Of a stretch of DNA of 64,000 nt, positions 23,674-35,440 are shown piece by piece. The position numbers and the translations under genes are program-made. This DNA comes from Mobula birostris (lineage: Eukaryota), in contig NC_092371.1 in NCBI RefSeq assembly GCF_030028105.1, positions 14,591,884 through 14,655,883 of the forward strand, in the 5' to 3' direction. Each line of letters opens with the position of its first letter. Position 1 is the stretch's first letter. The notes beneath the pieces were generated by a model. The model ran no database searches and was not told the DNA's origin. It saw only the letters and a list, made by a program, of their open reading frames with translations.

Positions 23674-23960
23674 GCTCTCCCCCTCTCCCTTCTCTCTCTC
23701 TCTCCCTTTCTCTGCCTTTATGTCTCTCCCTCCACAGCTTCCGTCACTCTCCTCTCTGTCTCTCCCCATCTGTCACATAAATTTTCTCCGCTCATATTCT
23801 TTTCTGACTTATTCTGCCTCACTCCCCACTGTATTTTCTTTCACCCCATCTCTCTGCCTCCTCCCCACTCTCACCGTCTCACCCTCTGTCTCTCCTATTT
23901 CCCATAACTTTTTCTTACTCTCTTCCTCTGCCACTCTCTCTCTCTTTCCCTCTGTCCCCC
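23674..23960. repeat. CT-rich low-complexity tract
   Basis: Almost entirely C/T with imperfect (CT)n runs. Confidence 0.85.
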
Positions 23961-25665
23961 ATTCATCGTTCGTCGCAACTAATTCCAATTGTGTAAACTT
24001 TTATTTTTAAGATTTATTTTCAGAATGTGCCTCTTCCTATTATTGCGGTTTCTCAGATTGACAGAATTTAAAAAGTTCAGTCGTATCTCATCAACACCCC
24101 CACCTTCCCGAGACCTAGTGCCCGAGCCACCTGCAGCACTTAACAAACAGGACAGAAACAGCAGCAATTTGTGCAACTGTCGCTAAATAAAGGCTGTGCA
24201 AACCCTGTCCCGGTCCCGTGGGGAGATGATGCGGTCAGCAGCTGCATCAGTGCCGCTCACAACACAGACAGTCCGACCCTATCCATCTATCCGTCCCATC
24301 CTCGACTCTGGTCAGCGACCATAAAAAATTAAGGGGGCCTGGAAGAGGAAATTGAGCGCCCCTGACTGAATGAGGAGAGGTTAATTGGATGGACCAGTGT
24401 CCTAAGGTCAGGAGCGGTTTGAGGGAGATTTACCATATCCCAGTTTATGAACGACACGTATTCGAAATGTTAATCACCATCTACATTTATCCAATAAGAG
24501 GTAATTGATAGAACAAGCCTTGCACAAGCCATGCTGCAGGATATTAAGCAATATCATTTCACAAATAAAAAAAAAATAGCCAATGTTTCACAGTGGCGTT
24601 ATTAGATAAACATTGATACCGTGACACTAAGTCGAACTTTTAATTGGGAAGAAATTTCTTCTCATCTCTTAAGCAGTATCCAACAGATCGTGCCAGAATC
24701 AAGGCTGGGTGGTGATGAATTAAATCATGGACAATAGAAGGGAGATTTGATGCCCAACACGTGGCTCACTGTCAATAACGTCCTTCATCAGAGTGAGGAT
24801 CAATAACAGAATCACTGCCATATGTCGTGAAATTTGTTGTTTGTGCCGCATGTGCTGAGGACCCGACTAAAACTAAAGATAGAATGTCATAAAGTAATAG
24901 AGCAGCCCAACACCGAATCACGCCTTTCGGTCCATCTAGTCTGTTCCGAACTACTAATATGGGTAGTCCCGTAACTCTGCACCAGGACCATCGGCGTCCA
25001 TCCTCCTCCCTCCACCCAAATTTCTCTTAAATTTTGAAATCACCCATCACAACCGCTGCGAACACTTTCCACACCTTCACCATCCTTTGAGTGAAAAAGT
25101 TTCCTCCGATGTTCCCTTTAAACATTCTACCTTTACCCTATGCCATGATCTCTAATTGTAGCCTGACCCAATATCAGTGGAACAATAGCTTACTAATATT
25201 TTACCCTTGCTATATCCCGCTGGAGTGCAGCAGTAGGAGATATGAAGACCTACCAGAACTGCCACAAAAAGTATGCAATAAAAAGTTTAAAATTGAAAGA
25301 CATTTTTGATAGCATATGGTCTTTCAAGAGACTCCTGGACAGGTTCATGGAGCTTAGAAAAGTAGAGGGCTATGGGTAATCCTAGGCTGTTTCTAAGGTA
25401 ACGACATGTTCTGTTCAGCTTTGTGCGCCGAAAGGACTGTATTGTGCTGTAGGTTTTCTTTGTTTCTATGTTTCTATGAAAGGTTAACGTGGATCAGTTT
25501 CACACTGAGAATGGAAACACTAGAAATTAAATAAATAAAGCGTCGGTGAAATTAGAGACATGTATGAGAAGGCAAAGGTAGCCTTCCGGAAATATATCGG
25601 AACGACAGGCAAACGTGGCACTCTATGCAGGCGGCATATAGGCACATATAAACATACATATATTT

Positions 25666-25684
25666 AGAGAGAGAGGGAGAGGGA

Positions 25685-25729
<45 letters not shown>
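25666..25729. repeat. (GA)n microsatellite
   Basis: Directly visible. Confidence 0.97.
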
Positions 25730-25730
<1 letters not shown>

Positions 25731-25800
25731 AGAGCAGAGGGCTAGACAACATGTTTTTAGCATCTTTCTCATGGAGGAATGGCGGGATCTATTATTAAGT

Positions 25801-28800
25801 CCATACGACCATAAGACATAGGAGAAGAATCAGGTCATCTGGACCATCGAGTCAGCTGGGCCATTTAATCATGGCTGATCCATTTTCATGTCCTCCCCAA
25901 CCCCAGCAGTTCCCAGTCTACTCCAAGTAACCTGTGATGCCATGACTAATCAAAGACCTATCAATCTCCGCCTTAAATTTACTCAACGACTCGGCCTCCA
26001 CAGCTGTAAGTGGCAACAAATTCCACAAATTCAACACCGTCTGGCTGAAGAAATTTCTCCGCATCTCTGATTTGAAAGAGCGCCCCTCTATCATGAGGGC
26101 GTGCCATCTTGTCCTACATTTTCCCACTATGAGAAACATCTTTTCTACATCTACTCTGTCTTGGTCTTTCAACATTCCAAGGATTTAAATGAGTTCCCCC
26201 CCTCATCCTTCTGAATTTCAGCGAGTACAGACCGAGAGCGATTAAACCTCCCTCGTATGATAAGCCTTTCATTCCTGGAATCATCATTGTGAACCTACTC
26301 TGGACTCTGACCAATGCCAACACATCCTTTCTAACATGAGGTCCGAAACTCTTCGCAATACTCAAGGTGAGGCCTCACCAGAGCTTTATAAAGCCTTAGC
26401 ATCACATCCTTGCTCTTGAACTCTAGACATCTTCAAATGAATGTTAAAGTAGCATTTGCCTTCCTTACCACCGACTCAAATTCTAAGTTCACCCTCAGGG
26501 TCTTCTGCACAAGGACTCCCAAGTCCCTCTGCATCTCAGATTCCTTGATTTTCTCCCCGTTTAGAAAATAGGCTGCACATTTTTTCTGCTACCAAAGTGC
26601 ATGACCATGCATTTTCCAACATTGTATTTCATTTGCCACTTCCTTGCCCATTCTCCTAACTTGTCTAAGTGCTTTCCTCAACACTACCTTTCCCTCCACC
26701 AAGCTTCTGCAAACTCAGCAACAAAGTCATCTATACCATCATCTAAATCATTTATATACAGCAGAAGAAGAATTGGTCCGAACACCGACCGCTGCGGAAC
26801 ACAACGAGTCACTTCAGCCAACCCGAAAAGGATGCTATTATTTCCCCTCGCTGCCTCATACCAATCAGCCAATGCTCTAACCATGTTAGGAATATTCCTG
26901 TAATACCACTGGCTTTTAAACTGATAGGCAGCCTCATGTGTGGCACCTTGTCAAAGGCCTTCTGAAAGTTCAAAATATACAACATCCACTGCATTCTCTT
27001 TATCCTCCTTGCAAACTCAAAGAATTCCAAACGGTTCGTCAGGCAGAATTTTCGCTGAAGGAGACCATGCTGATTCTGTACTATGTTGTCCTGTGTAACC
27101 AATTAGTCCATCACTTCATCCTCAACAATGGGCTCTAACGTCTTCCCAAACATTCAGGTCAGGCTAACTGGTCCATAATTTGCATTCTGCTGCCTTTCTC
27201 CTTTCTTAAGCAGAGGAATAACATTTAAAATTTTCCAGTCTTCTTGTAATACGCCAGAGTCTAATTATTTTTGGAAGATCATTTCTCATGCCACCATAAT
27301 CTCTAATGCTACCTCTTTCAGAACAGTAGGATGAGGTTCCTCTGTTCCGGGTGACTTAATTACCTTTTGGTCTTTCAGATTTTTGAGCACCTCCTCTCTT
27401 GTAACAGTAACACCACCCACTTTTCTTCCTTCATACATCATAACAACACGCACATCGCTCGTGTCTTCCACGATGACGCAAAATACTCATTTAATTCATC
27501 AGTCATCTCCTTGTTCCTCGTTCAGATTTCGCTTGCCTCATTTTCCAGCAGTCCTATATCCACTCTCATTTTTTTTTTATTTTTAGCATACTTGAGAAAA
27601 CTTTTACTATCCACTTTGATATTATTTTCCAGCTTGCTTTCATATTTCATCTGCTCCCTTCTAATGATGATTTTAGGTGCTGTCTATAGGTTTGTTTTAA
27701 AAAAACATCCGAATCCTCCATCTTCCCACTATTTTTTGCACTGTTGTATGCTCTTTCTTTTGCTTTTAAAAATAGCTTTGACTTTTATTGTCAGTCACGA
27801 TTGTACTCTTTTACCATTTGTGTGTTTCTTCATTGGTGGAATACACATGTCCTGCACCTTCCTCATTTTTCCCAGAAACGCACGCCATTGCCGCTCTGCT
27901 GACATGCCTGCTAGCAGGTCCTTCCAATTTACTTCGGCCAACTCCTCTCTCATACCACTGAAATTTCCCTCACTTCACTACATCAGTCTTCACTTTTTCC
28001 TGTCAAATTTAATGTCATCACTAAGGGTTTACAAGAGTAAACCTTGAGGGTTCTTTGACCCTAAGCTCCCTAATCGCCTCCGGTTCATCCGTAACACCCG
28101 ATCAAGTACAACTGATCTGCTTGTAGGCTCAGCGACAAACTGCTCTAAAAATCTATCTCTAAGGCATTCAACAAATTCACTTTCTTGAGATCCATTACCA
28201 GCCTGATTTTCCCAATCGACCTGCATGTTAAAGTCTCCCGTAACTACATTGCTCGTTTGACTCGTCTTCTATATTTCCTGTTGTAACACGTGGCCCACCG
28301 CCCGCCTCTGTTGGGAGGCCTGTATATAACTGCCATCAATGTCCTATTATCTTGCCGTTTATCTCAACTCAACCCACAAGGATTCAACTTCTTCCGAACC
28401 TATGTAATATCTTTCTATTGACCTGATACTATTTTTACCAGTAGAGCCACACCACTCCCTCTGCCTACCTTCTTATCCCCCCAATATAACATGTAACCTT
28501 GGATAATCTGCTCCCAACTACAACCGTTCTTCAGCCATGATTTAGTGATGGTTACAACCTCATTCCTGCCTAACTGTAATATTGTAACAAGATCATTCAC
28601 TTTATCACTGAAACTACGAGAGTTTAGCTGCAATAACTTCAGTTCCGTATTTACTATCCTTTCTGATTCTGCATCCCTAATGATTTGACACTCAGCCTGC
28701 TGACTGCAACTAAGTTCCATCACCTGCGTGCCCTTCTTGACAATCTGCCTGACTCTTTCTTTACTGTTTACCATCCGTCCTATCCTGAATCCCTTCACTC

Positions 28801-29450
28801 CGGTTCCCACCAGCCTGCCAAGTTAGTTTAACTCCTCGCTAACAGCCCTGACAAACCCATCCTCGAGAATATTGGACACCCTCGCGTTCAGATGCAACCC
28901 ATCACTTTTGAACAGGTCATACCTGCCCCAGAAGAAATCCAAATTATACAGGAGCCTGACACCCTGCTTCTCAGCCACGCATTTATCTGCAAAATCGTCT
29001 ACCCGTTTCTACCCTCGCTGGCTCGTGGCTCAGTCAGCAATCCACAAATTGCTATGCGAGATCTCCTGCGTCTTAGCTTTCTACCTCGCTCTCTAAATTC
29101 TCTTTTCAGGATCTCATTTATTTCCCTTCCTATGTCATTGGAACCAACATGTACCAAGAAGTCTGGCTGCTCCCCTGACCCTGGTACCTGGGAGGCAACA
29201 TACCATCCGGGTGTCTCGTTCACACCTCCAGAATCTCCTGTCTGCTCCCCTCTCTATCGAGTCCTCTATCTCTTCCGCTCCTTTCTTCTCTCTATTTCCC
29301 TTCTACACCCTGACCCATGCTCAGTACGTGTAACCCGGTTGCGGTGGCATTCTCCCGGGTGATCATCCTCCACAAAAGTATCCAAAGCGGTATACTTCTT
29401 TTTGAGGGGGATAGCCACAGGTGTGCTCTGTTCTAACTGCCTATTTCCAT
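25801..29450 (-). mobile_element. Long decayed CR1 LINE (ORF1 end, APE, RT, 3' tail)
   Basis: FLVHVGSNDIGRE (ORF1), MQVDWENQAGNG (APE), FQKAFDKVPH and GVPQRSVFGP (RT), and a CATAAGA tail at 25801. Confidence 0.85.
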
Positions 29451-31360
29451 TTTTTCCTGATAGTCACCCAGGTACTCGCCTCCTGCTATTTCGGGGTGAC
29501 TACCTCCCTTTAACTTTGATCAATTATATCTTCGCTCTCCTCAGATTAAGGAAGTGCCTGCAGATCATCCGAGAAACAGTGATAGAAAACGTGATCGGCA
29601 AATCTCTTGGTGATCCCTTGGTAATTGTGCCATAACTTACTCAGTAGCCGGAAGCAGTAAATGTTGATTATCAGCAGGCCGCCTGTAAAGTGACTCGCAA
29701 GAGTTTGCTGAAGTAAGAAATCCAGCTGTTCACAGTGTATATCAAAACATTTGGACAAGAGACCGAAGTGTAATATTGCCATGTTTATTGATTGTCAGGG
29801 TTATCAGGACAGTGAAGAATGACTGAGTTGATGTTCGTACGTTAAGAAAATAAGCAGGGATGCAAAATACCGAATAAAATGTGGAAAAACTGAGGTGATG
29901 TGTAGAATAATGTTCTAAATTGGTGTCTCTTTCAATAGGAAAAGGGTGAGGCCATGTGCAAGTTCCTGTTGAAGTATACGGTCAATTAACTTTACACATG
30001 TACACAAAAGAACCACCCTTCCTCTAAGTCAGAAAATAGATATTAGCACACGTGCTGAGTGGTATGGTCTGAGATCGACAAGTTGACATGAAGTGTGAAG
30101 TGAATGTTTATTTAAGGAATAATAATGTTTATTACTCCCTCTAATTATGAATGCATTTTGTTTGTTTGTATTTGCACAGTTTGTCTTATTTTGCACATTG
30201 GTTGTTTTGCCGTCTCAGTATTTAGCCTTTCCTTGATTCTATTGTATTACTTAATATTTACTGCGAATACCCGCAACCTAATGAAACTCAGGGAAGTATA
30301 TGATGATTTACCGCAGTTTGACAGTAAATTTATTTTGAACTTTGAATTTTATAATCCCAATCCTGTGACCACGGTCTAATTTATAAACCTCAATTTAATC
30401 AATCCTGTGGTTTCTGCTCAAAGGTTCCCCCGGATGTTGATGGCGAAGTAAGGTCATGGAACGTCACAGGTTGGTGGTCAGATCCTTTCTTGTTGACAGG
30501 GACCTTTGCTGGAGCTAATGTAGTCAAAATGGTGTTTGCTCCTACCAGCCTTGTCTGACCATTTTACGTGTCTTGTTTCATGCCTCAATATCTCACTGTC
30601 GGAAAATTACATGAATGGGGTTTCAGATAAAAGTTCTCGGATGTAAACGGCGACTATCCAATTCCCGGCATAGATACTGCCCGACCTGTTCAGTCATTCC
30701 AGATCTTTCTGAGTTACTCCAGGTTACCGCATCTGCAGCCGTTTGTATCACCGGGGCAATTATTTCTGAACATCCCTAACTCCCATCTAATGATGCGCGG
30801 AAGATTCACTGCCGAGAGGAGCACTCCTAATGCCCAGCTGTGTTAATTGCGTTCCACTGCAACCCCTTTGCACAATGACTGACCCCAATATCTGACGTTA
30901 AATGAAATTCTGCCCAGGTCCGCTTTAGAAACTATAGAGAGAAATACTTGTCGGTTGGGAGTTATGCATTTTAGCGACAAACTTTATTCACTCATAAGGA
31001 AAGCAGCGACATGCTTTCTGCTGGAATTATATATTCTCAGAGAGGAACCGATGTATTGTCGAGGTAATTTTGGGATAGCATAGAGCCTTTGCAGAAATTT
31101 GATGTGACCTTGAAAAGTTTTGCTCTCATTTGCCATTCTGAGCAAAGACAAGGGGCCGAGTGCCACCTCTACACACACCCACTGTACCAGAGGGGAGCAG
31201 CCGAAACAATGTCTAAAATAAAATTAGCCTGAGTTTTCTCCAAAGTTCTACAGGAACCTTTTGATACAACTGAAGATGAAGCAATCTTGAAATTACGGTT
31301 TAAAGTTTTAAAAATCAGCAAGTTGGCATCCAAAGTTTCCGAAGGTCAGTAAGTCAATCT

Positions 31361-31401
31361 CCGCCCACATTCTTTCCCTGGCGCCGCCCACTAATTTACA
31401 T
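31361..31401 (+). promoter_or_regulatory. Candidate Ig light-chain promoter: two GC boxes and an octamer/decamer variant
   Basis: CCGCCC at 31361-31366 and 31384-31389. TAATTTACAT at 31392-31401 is one mismatch from the light-chain decamer TNATTTGCAT and lies 132 bp upstream of the ATG. Confidence 0.5.
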
Positions 31402-31532
31402 CCCAATTCATAAACGGACCCGAAGACCCCAGTTTGTAACCTCTAAAATCTGAGCAGTTCCCGAAGTTTGCAGAACAGCGCATGGTTCGGTCGGAATTTT
31501 TGGGCGCTCGCTGTCTGCACCTGTCCGGAGGA

Positions 31533-31581
31533 ATGTCCCCAGCGCTGCATCTCCTGTGGGTTCTGCTGGTTCATTTACCAG
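31533..31581 (+). CDS. Ig light chain (sigma-cart/type I) leader exon
   Basis: MSPALHLLWVLLVHLP + G|GTGAG, phase 1, followed by a 107-bp intron ending tattgcag. Confidence 0.92.
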
Positions 31582-31688
31582 GTGAGAGTCGGATTGGTTT
31601 ACGCACGGATTTTACTTTAAAATTGGGATTACTGCTGATTTTAATTTTGCTCCAAGTCACCCAGTAGTTTTATTGTGCTTTATTGCAG

Positions 31689-32042
31689 ATATCCACGCGG
31701 CCCCAGTGCTCAACCAGACCCCAATGTCCGGACCTGTTTCCGCGGGACAAACAGTCCGCTTAGATTGTCGGATACAGAACGGTAATGTTGGAAGTTACTA
31801 CATGAACTGGTACCGACAGCGTCCCGGGGAGAGACCGAAGTGGGTGTTAGAACATTACCCAAGCAATGATATATACCGAGGAACAGGGATCACAGACCGT
31901 TTTCAACCGTCCAGAGACACCTCCAGCAACAGTCACATCCTGACCATCAGCAGTTTGGAAGCCCGGGATTCCGCCGTCTATTACTGTGGAGCGTGGGATA
32001 ATGGAGTTATCCTCGGTCCAGGCACCATCCTGGATATTAAGA
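31689..32042 (+). CDS. Ig light chain germline-joined VJ exon, sigma-cart (type I/NS5) isotype
   Basis: (D)IHAAPVLNQTPMSGPVSAGQTVRLDCRIQNGNVGSYYMNWYRQRPGERPKWVLEHYPSNDIYRGTGITDRFQPSRDTSSNSHILTISSLEARDSAVYYCGAWDNGVILGPGTILDIK. 354 nt, donor A|GTAAGT. The motifs PVLNQTP, QNGNVGSYYM and RDTSSNSHILTI match my recollection of elasmobranch type I light chains. No RSS between V and J. Confidence 0.93.
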
Positions 32043-32497
32043 GTAAGTGACTCCGTCATTCTGTTCCAAAAATATCCTATTACAGCCACTCTCATTCCCC
32101 ACAGCTGGATAAAACCCCGTCCAGGGAAGGCTTGTCATTTTTCTACACGGTGGGAGGTTCCATCCGTCTCTGTCTGGCAAACAGACCGTTCAGCCCATCC
32201 AGTTAATCTCAACAATTACATTAATGATCGTCTGACTTGTGAGCAATTTTTTTTTGGACACTTCTGACCTACTTCAGTTGGTGTAGGAGAAATCAATAAT
32301 TTCCGACCTCTCTCCTCTTTAACACAATAGGACCCATGGATTGTATTTTTAGCATTGGTTTACCATTGCTACTTTTCACAAGATGTAATGAAAAGTTTGT
32401 CTTGCACACTGTATTTAAAGATCACGTGATGACAGTGCATTGAGTTAAAGACAGCTTAATGCAGAATAAAATATATTAGACACACAGGAAATGCAAT

Positions 32498-33560
32498 TCA
32501 TAGAAATATAGAAACATAGAAAATAGGTGCAGGAGAAGGCCATTCGGCCCTTCGAGCCTGCACCGCCATTTATTATGATCATGGCTGATCATCCAACTCA
32601 GAACCCCGCCCCAGCCCTCCCTCCATACCTCCTGATCCCTGTAGCCACAAGGGCCATATCTAACTCCCTCTTAAATATAGCCAATGTACTGGCCTCAACT
32701 GCTTCCCGTGGCAGAGAATTCCACAGATTCACCACTCTCTGAGTGAAGAAGTTTTTCCTAATCTCGGTCCTAAAAGGCTTCCCCTTTATCCTCAAACTGT
32801 GACCCCTTGTTCTGGATTTCCCCAACATCGGGAACAATCTTCCTGCATCTAGCCTCTCCAATCCCTTTAGGATTTTATACGTTTCAATCAGATCTCCCCT
32901 CAATTTTCTAAATTACAACGAGTACAAGCCCAGTTCATCTAGTCTTCCTTCATATGAAAGTCCTGCCATCCCAGGAATCAATCCGGTGAACCTTCTTTGT
33001 ACTCCCTCTATGGCAAGGATGTCTTTCCTCAGATTAGGGGACCAAAACTGCACAAAATACTCCAGGTGTGGTTTCATCAAGGCCTTGTACAACTGCAGTA
33101 GTACCTCCCTGCTCCTGTACTCATATCCTCTTGCTATAAATGCCAGCATACCATTCGCCTTTTTCACCGCCTGCTGTACCTGCATGCCCACTTTCAATGA
33201 CTGGTGTATAATGACACCCAGGTCTCGTTGCACCTCCCCTTTTCCTAATCGGCCACCATTCAGATAATAATCTGTTTTCCTATTTTTGCTACCAAAGTGG
33301 ATAACTTCACATTTATCCGCATTAAATTGCATCTGCCATGGATTTGCCCACTCACCCAACCTATCCAAGTCACTCTGCATCCTCCTAGCATCCTCCTCAC
33401 AACTAACACTGCCACCCAGCTTCGCGTCATCCGCAAATTTGGAGATGCTGCATTTAATTCCCTCATCCAAGTCATTAATATATATTGTAAACAACTGGGG
33501 TCCCAGCACTGAGCCTTGCGGTACCCCACTAGTCACTGCCTGCCATTCTGAAAAGGTAGA
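32498..33560 (-). mobile_element. CR1 LINE 3' part inserted antisense in the J-C intron
   Basis: ORFs 32913-33632 ([21 protein letters not shown]) and 32598-32903, with an (ATAGAAAC)n tail at 32498-32525. Confidence 0.92.
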
Positions 33561-34823
33561 TAAGTTGCAAGACCATAAGGAGACAGGTTGTGAGGTTAAT
33601 CGTCCATCGTATCGTACCAGAGAACCACTCAATAGTCTTATTACAGTGGCCGCTATCTGATCTCATTAAAACAATCTACTGTCCACACATACTCCATATC
33701 CCTCCAGTCTCAGCAAACCCATGTGGCCGTCTAACGGATTTTTGACCATCCCTATCGTGGATGCCTCCTCCACCTCATCAACCCATCACTCTGTATAAAA
33801 ATAAACATTCACCGAACTTCTCCTTTATATTTTCTTCCTCTCGACTTAGATTTCTGCCCTGGCGAAAAAGTCTTGACCGTCTGTCCTATCGTTATCTCCC
33901 ATACGACCTTGGATAATGTTCACACATAACTAGGGGAAAATGATCGCTACCACAAGCATGGCAGCTACCCTTCCCTCTTCATTCACCTCCTCTGAGAACA
34001 TGCTTGTCGCGAATATTCCATAATTTTTCTGGGTGCGGTAAATCCTGGACCACAAAGCAAGATGTTCACCACTTCAAGTTAAAGCAATTGACAGTTTGTT
34101 GTTGAGAACTGTGTCATTGTGATTGTAGAAAGCACAGGAGAAGAACATCAGACTTGAAAAATAATACACACTAGGGGAAGGTACCGGGTAGAAAACAGGC
34201 TGGTCACAGAGTCGAGCGGCAATAGACGGGTTACTAGGGGTTCGGAATGCAATGTGGGTCTAAATGAGTCGTTTCGCCTCTTCCCGCTTCTCACCGGTTC
34301 ACAGACCTCCTCTTTTTCCGTCATGTCCTCCTTACTCACCGGGTACTGAGTCTTAGATATCGATTGAGCTTTCCCGCACTCGGGATATCCCAAGGAGACT
34401 GCATTCTATCATCAACAGAAGGTGTAAGATTTTCAGTTATCGTCCTAAGAGTTCAAGATTTGGGGAGTTATTGGAGAACAACGGGGAAATGGTCTCACTA
34501 AAGGGACCAATCATATGGGCATGGTGTGGGCAATCAGCAAAGAGATTGAGTAGTGCTGAAGTTATCTTTTAACACAATTCAGTGCCGGGAGCAGAGTGTA
34601 TTCAAAAACATTATTTTTTGAAATACATGATGTCACGTCGTAGCCGCGCAAGGCTGCGAATTATCCGGGCAACTCTTCACTCAAAGATTTGCACCCGAGG
34701 AGTCAAATGTGCCCGTTTACTGTATCCCAATGCCTGTGTTAATTTCGGCGCTGGCGTTTCTATCTCTGAACAGTCCATGAGATAATATTGTTTCTATTCC
34801 CCTCCGTCTCCTCTCTCACACAG

Positions 34824-35152
34824 GTAGCGATTCCCGGGAGCCCTCAGTTCTCCTGCTCCCTCCCTCTCCGGAGGAGACCGGCACGGGTTCGGCCACTCTC
34901 TCCTGTCTGGTGAGTGGTTTTAAGCCGGGCTTTGTAGCGCTGCGCTGGAGCGTGGATGGAGTCGAGACGGAGAGCGGGGTGACGACAGGCGCTGTCTCCC
35001 TGGACACCGACCAGACCTACAGGCTGAGCAGTTACCTGCGGCTAACCACCGGTGCCTGGAACAAGGGATCTAGTTATTCCTGCAGCGTGAGCCACAGCTC
35101 GCTGAGCTCGCCGCTGCGCAACACCATCTCTTCGTCCGCCTGTGCTCAGTGA
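34824..35152 (+). CDS. Ig light chain constant exon (sigma-cart type)
   Basis: Acceptor ctctctcacacag|GT, in phase with the VJ exon: (S)SDSREPSVLLLPPSPEETGTGSATLSCLVSGFKPGFVALRWSVDGVETESGVTTGAVSLDTDQTYRLSSYLRLTTGAWNKGSSYSCSVSHSSLSSPLRNTISSSACAQ*. The near-terminal Cys is positioned for the H-L disulfide. Confidence 0.95.
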
Positions 35153-35434
35153 CAGTGTGCCAGCTGGCAGCACACACGGATTGTTTGTTCTTGTTTAATG
35201 CAGTGAAACAATGATTGGGTCAGCCCATTGCAATGTAATTGTGCAGTAATGTTCGCTTATTGAAACAATCAGAATGTTTAATAATTTCAGAACAGTTGGC
35301 AATAATAATCCATCTTTTGCAACGGATAATTCTGTGTAGAGTTGTCCCAACAATGATGTGTCTGAATTACCGCTGTGTGTAGACTCAGGAGCGATCTCCC
35401 GTGCTGTGATTTGAACTTGTGTAACACAACTCTG

Positions 35435-35440
35435 AATAAA
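35435..35440 (+). terminator. Candidate polyadenylation signal of the light-chain gene
   Basis: First AATAAA I found downstream of the stop codon (about 280 nt after it). Confidence 0.5.

Noticed and set aside
23979-24176. ORF starting with a signal-peptide-like stretch (HKLLLFLSCLLSAAG)
   Set aside because: It starts at TTG with no in-frame ATG, and I found no downstream partner exon or recognisable domain.
31689-32042. Calling the light chain lambda/type II or a processed pseudogene
   Set aside because: The V and C motifs match my recollection of sigma-cart/type I rather than type II, and both introns and all splice sites are intact.
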